A stretch of DNA of 64,000 bases, from NCBI GenBank assembly GCA_963790575.1, contig CAWBPD010000026.1, positions 264,411-328,410 of the forward strand, given 5' to 3'. How positions within the stretch are numbered: the stretch's first letter is position 1; each line of letters begins with the position of its first letter. Positions 62,688 through 64,000 of the stretch are shown one piece after another. A program made the position numbers and the translations under genes. Under the pieces are notes generated by a model. That model did not search any database, was not told where the DNA came from, and saw only the letters and a program-made list of their open reading frames with translations. Source of the stretch: Candidatus Dormiibacterota bacterium. Lineage in GTDB: Bacteria > Chloroflexota > Dormibacteria > Dormibacterales > Dormibacteraceae.

Positions 62688-62727
62688 AAAAAAAGGCCCC
62701 GCCGGATGGCGGAGCCTCTTTTGATCA
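62688..62727. terminator. Bidirectional Rho-independent terminator (GGCCCCGCCggatGGCGGAGCC, flanked by A7 and TCTTTT).
   Basis: The GC-rich hairpin has an A-run upstream and a T-run downstream. It would therefore terminate both the marR-PIN transcript and the convergent rny transcript. Confidence 0.7.
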
Positions 62728-64000
62728 GCGAGCGTATTCGATGGCGCGGGTCTCGCGGACCACGGTCACCCGGATCTGCCCGGGATAGCTCATCTCCCCC
62801 TCGATACGAAGGGCGATGTCCCGTGCCAGCAGCTGCGACTGGGCGTCGTCGATCTGATCCGGTCTGACCAGGATGCGGACCTCCCGTCCGGCCTGGATGG
62901 CGAAGGACTGCTGGACGCCGCCGAACGAGTTGGCGATCTCCTCCAGCTTGGCGAGCCGCTTGACGTACGCGTCGAGCGTCTCCCGGCGCGCACCCGGGCG
63001 GGCGGCCGAGATGGCGTCGGCAGCGATCAAGAGCAGCGCCTCGATCGTGCGCGGCTCCTCCTCGTAGTGGTGGGACCGCACGGCGTGGACCACCGGCTGC
63101 GGGACGCCGTGGCGCTGGACCAGGTCGGCGCCGATCACCGCGTGGGATCCCTCGACCTCGTGGTCGATGGATTTCCCGATGTCGTGCAGGAGACCGGCCA
63201 GCCGGGCGGTCCGGACGTCGGCACCGATCTCCGACGCCATCATCCCGGCCATGTAGGCCACCTCCTTGGAGTGGTTCAGCACCTGTTGGCCGTAGCTGGT
63301 GCGGAAGCGGAGCATGCCCAGGTGCCGTACGACCTCCGGGTGCAGTCCCTGGAGGCCGAGTTCCAGCACCGCCGCCTCGCCTTCCTCCTTGATCCGCCGG
63401 TCGACTTCCTCGCGCGCCTTCTGGACCGTTTCCTCGATGCGCGCGGGGTGAATGCGACCGTCGACGATCAACTTGTTGAGCGCGACCCGGGCCACCTCGC
63501 GGCGGATCGGATCGAACCCGGAGATGACGACCGCCTCGGGCGTGTCGTCGACGATGAGGTCGATTCCGGTCGCTTGCTGGAGCGCACGGATGTTGCGCCC
63601 CTCACGACCGATGATCCGGCCTTTGATCTCTTCGTTCGGCAGCGGCAGCACGGAGACCGAGCTTTCCGCCGTCTGATCGGCAGCCACACGCTGGATCGCC
63701 TCGGTGACGATTGCGCGTGCACGCCTCTCCCCCTCGTCTCGAGCCTGCAACTCGGCCTCGCGCACTTTGCGCGCGATCTCGTTGCGCAGGTCTTGCTCGA
63801 CCTGCCCCATGACGATGCCTTGCGCTTCCTGACGGGTCATATTGGCGACCCGTTCCAGCTCACGCAGCTGGGCCGTCAGCGTTTCGTCGACCTGAGCGCG
63901 CAGGTCGTCGATCGACCGTTCGCGGGTAACCAGCTCCCGCTCCCGGTCCTGCATCTGCTCGGTGCGGCGCTCCAGGTGTTCTTCACGGTTCTGGAGGCGG
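62725..64000 (-). CDS. rny: Ribonuclease Y (partial; the N-terminus lies beyond the window end).
   Basis: A KH domain is present ([26 protein letters not shown]). An HD domain is present ([26 protein letters not shown]). The C-terminus reads ...[16 protein letters not shown]. Confidence 0.85.
   Translation of the reverse strand, partial: RLQNREEHLERRTEQMQDRERELVTRERSIDDLRAQVDETLTAQLRELERVANMTRQEAQGIVMGQVEQDLRNEIARKVREAELQARDEGERRARAIVTEAIQRVAADQTAESSVSVLPLPNEEIKGRIIGREGRNIRALQQATGIDLIVDDTPEAVVISGFDPIRREVARVALNKLIVDGRIHPARIEETVQKAREEVDRRIKEEGEAAVLELGLQGLHPEVVRHLGMLRFRTSYGQQVLNHSKEVAYMAGMMASEIGADVRTARLAGLLHDIGKSIDHEVEGSHAVIGADLVQRHGVPQPVVHAVRSHHYEEEPRTIEALLLIAADAISAARPGARRETLDAYVKRLAKLEEIANSFGGVQQSFAIQAGREVRILVRPDQIDDAQSQLLARDIALRIEGEMSYPGQIRVTVVRETRAIEYAR

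Noticed and set aside
1-64000. A search for tRNA, rRNA and CRISPR arrays.
   Set aside because: No cloverleaf-compatible GTTCGA T-loop contexts were seen. There is no rRNA-like conserved block. The only regularly spaced repeats, at 17578..17703 and 38813..38942, have two or three units with variable, non-spacer-like intervening sequence and palindromic cores. They are therefore not CRISPR arrays.

Overview
This is a 64 kb window of very high GC (about 70%). The reading frames are dense and the sequence looks like a chromosomal segment of a high-GC Gram-positive (actinobacterial) genome. Supporting that lineage call: a mycothiol S-conjugate amidase (Mca) homolog, three F420/LLM-type oxidoreductases, two DinB/MDMPI-like proteins, a LexA gene divergent from a LysM (ChiZ-like) gene with actinobacterial-type SOS boxes, and ECF41-type and ordinary ECF sigma factors. 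The presence of mutS-mutL, spoVS, ymdB and rny suggests a deep-branching actinobacterial lineage (Thermoleophilia or Rubrobacteria-like) rather than Actinomycetia; this is inference.

The housekeeping backbone comprises a glycogen debranching enzyme (partial), der, and a nadE-pdhA-pdhB-pdhC operon. It continues with thiS-like/ttuA, pyrF, a NUDIX gene, typA, lexA and dapD. It ends with a conserved miaB-mutS-mutL-miaA-hflX string, ymdB-spoVS, and rny (partial).

Accessory and unusual content is interleaved with this backbone. There is an IS1380-family element with a frameshifted transposase, sitting 42 bp upstream of a two-component system. Two identical IS1595-family copies lie in head-to-tail tandem, inserted exactly at the start codon of an NTF2-like gene. 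A HigB/HigA-like toxin-antitoxin pair, three tandem GNAT genes, a standalone LigD-type NHEJ polymerase, and a COG1579 / NfeD-like / flotillin cluster are also present. The most unusual item is an ECF sigma factor translationally coupled to an Ogt (MGMT) protein with a C-terminal Ada Zn-methyl-acceptor domain, preceded by three evenly spaced palindromic repeats.

The window also holds a genome-specific palindromic REP-like repeat (CCGAGTGCCGGCACTCGG) at two convergent gene junctions, and a MarR operator/promoter architecture. No rRNA, tRNA or CRISPR array was detected. Many long Arg/Pro-rich ORFs in the six-frame track are antisense artefacts of the high GC and were rejected.
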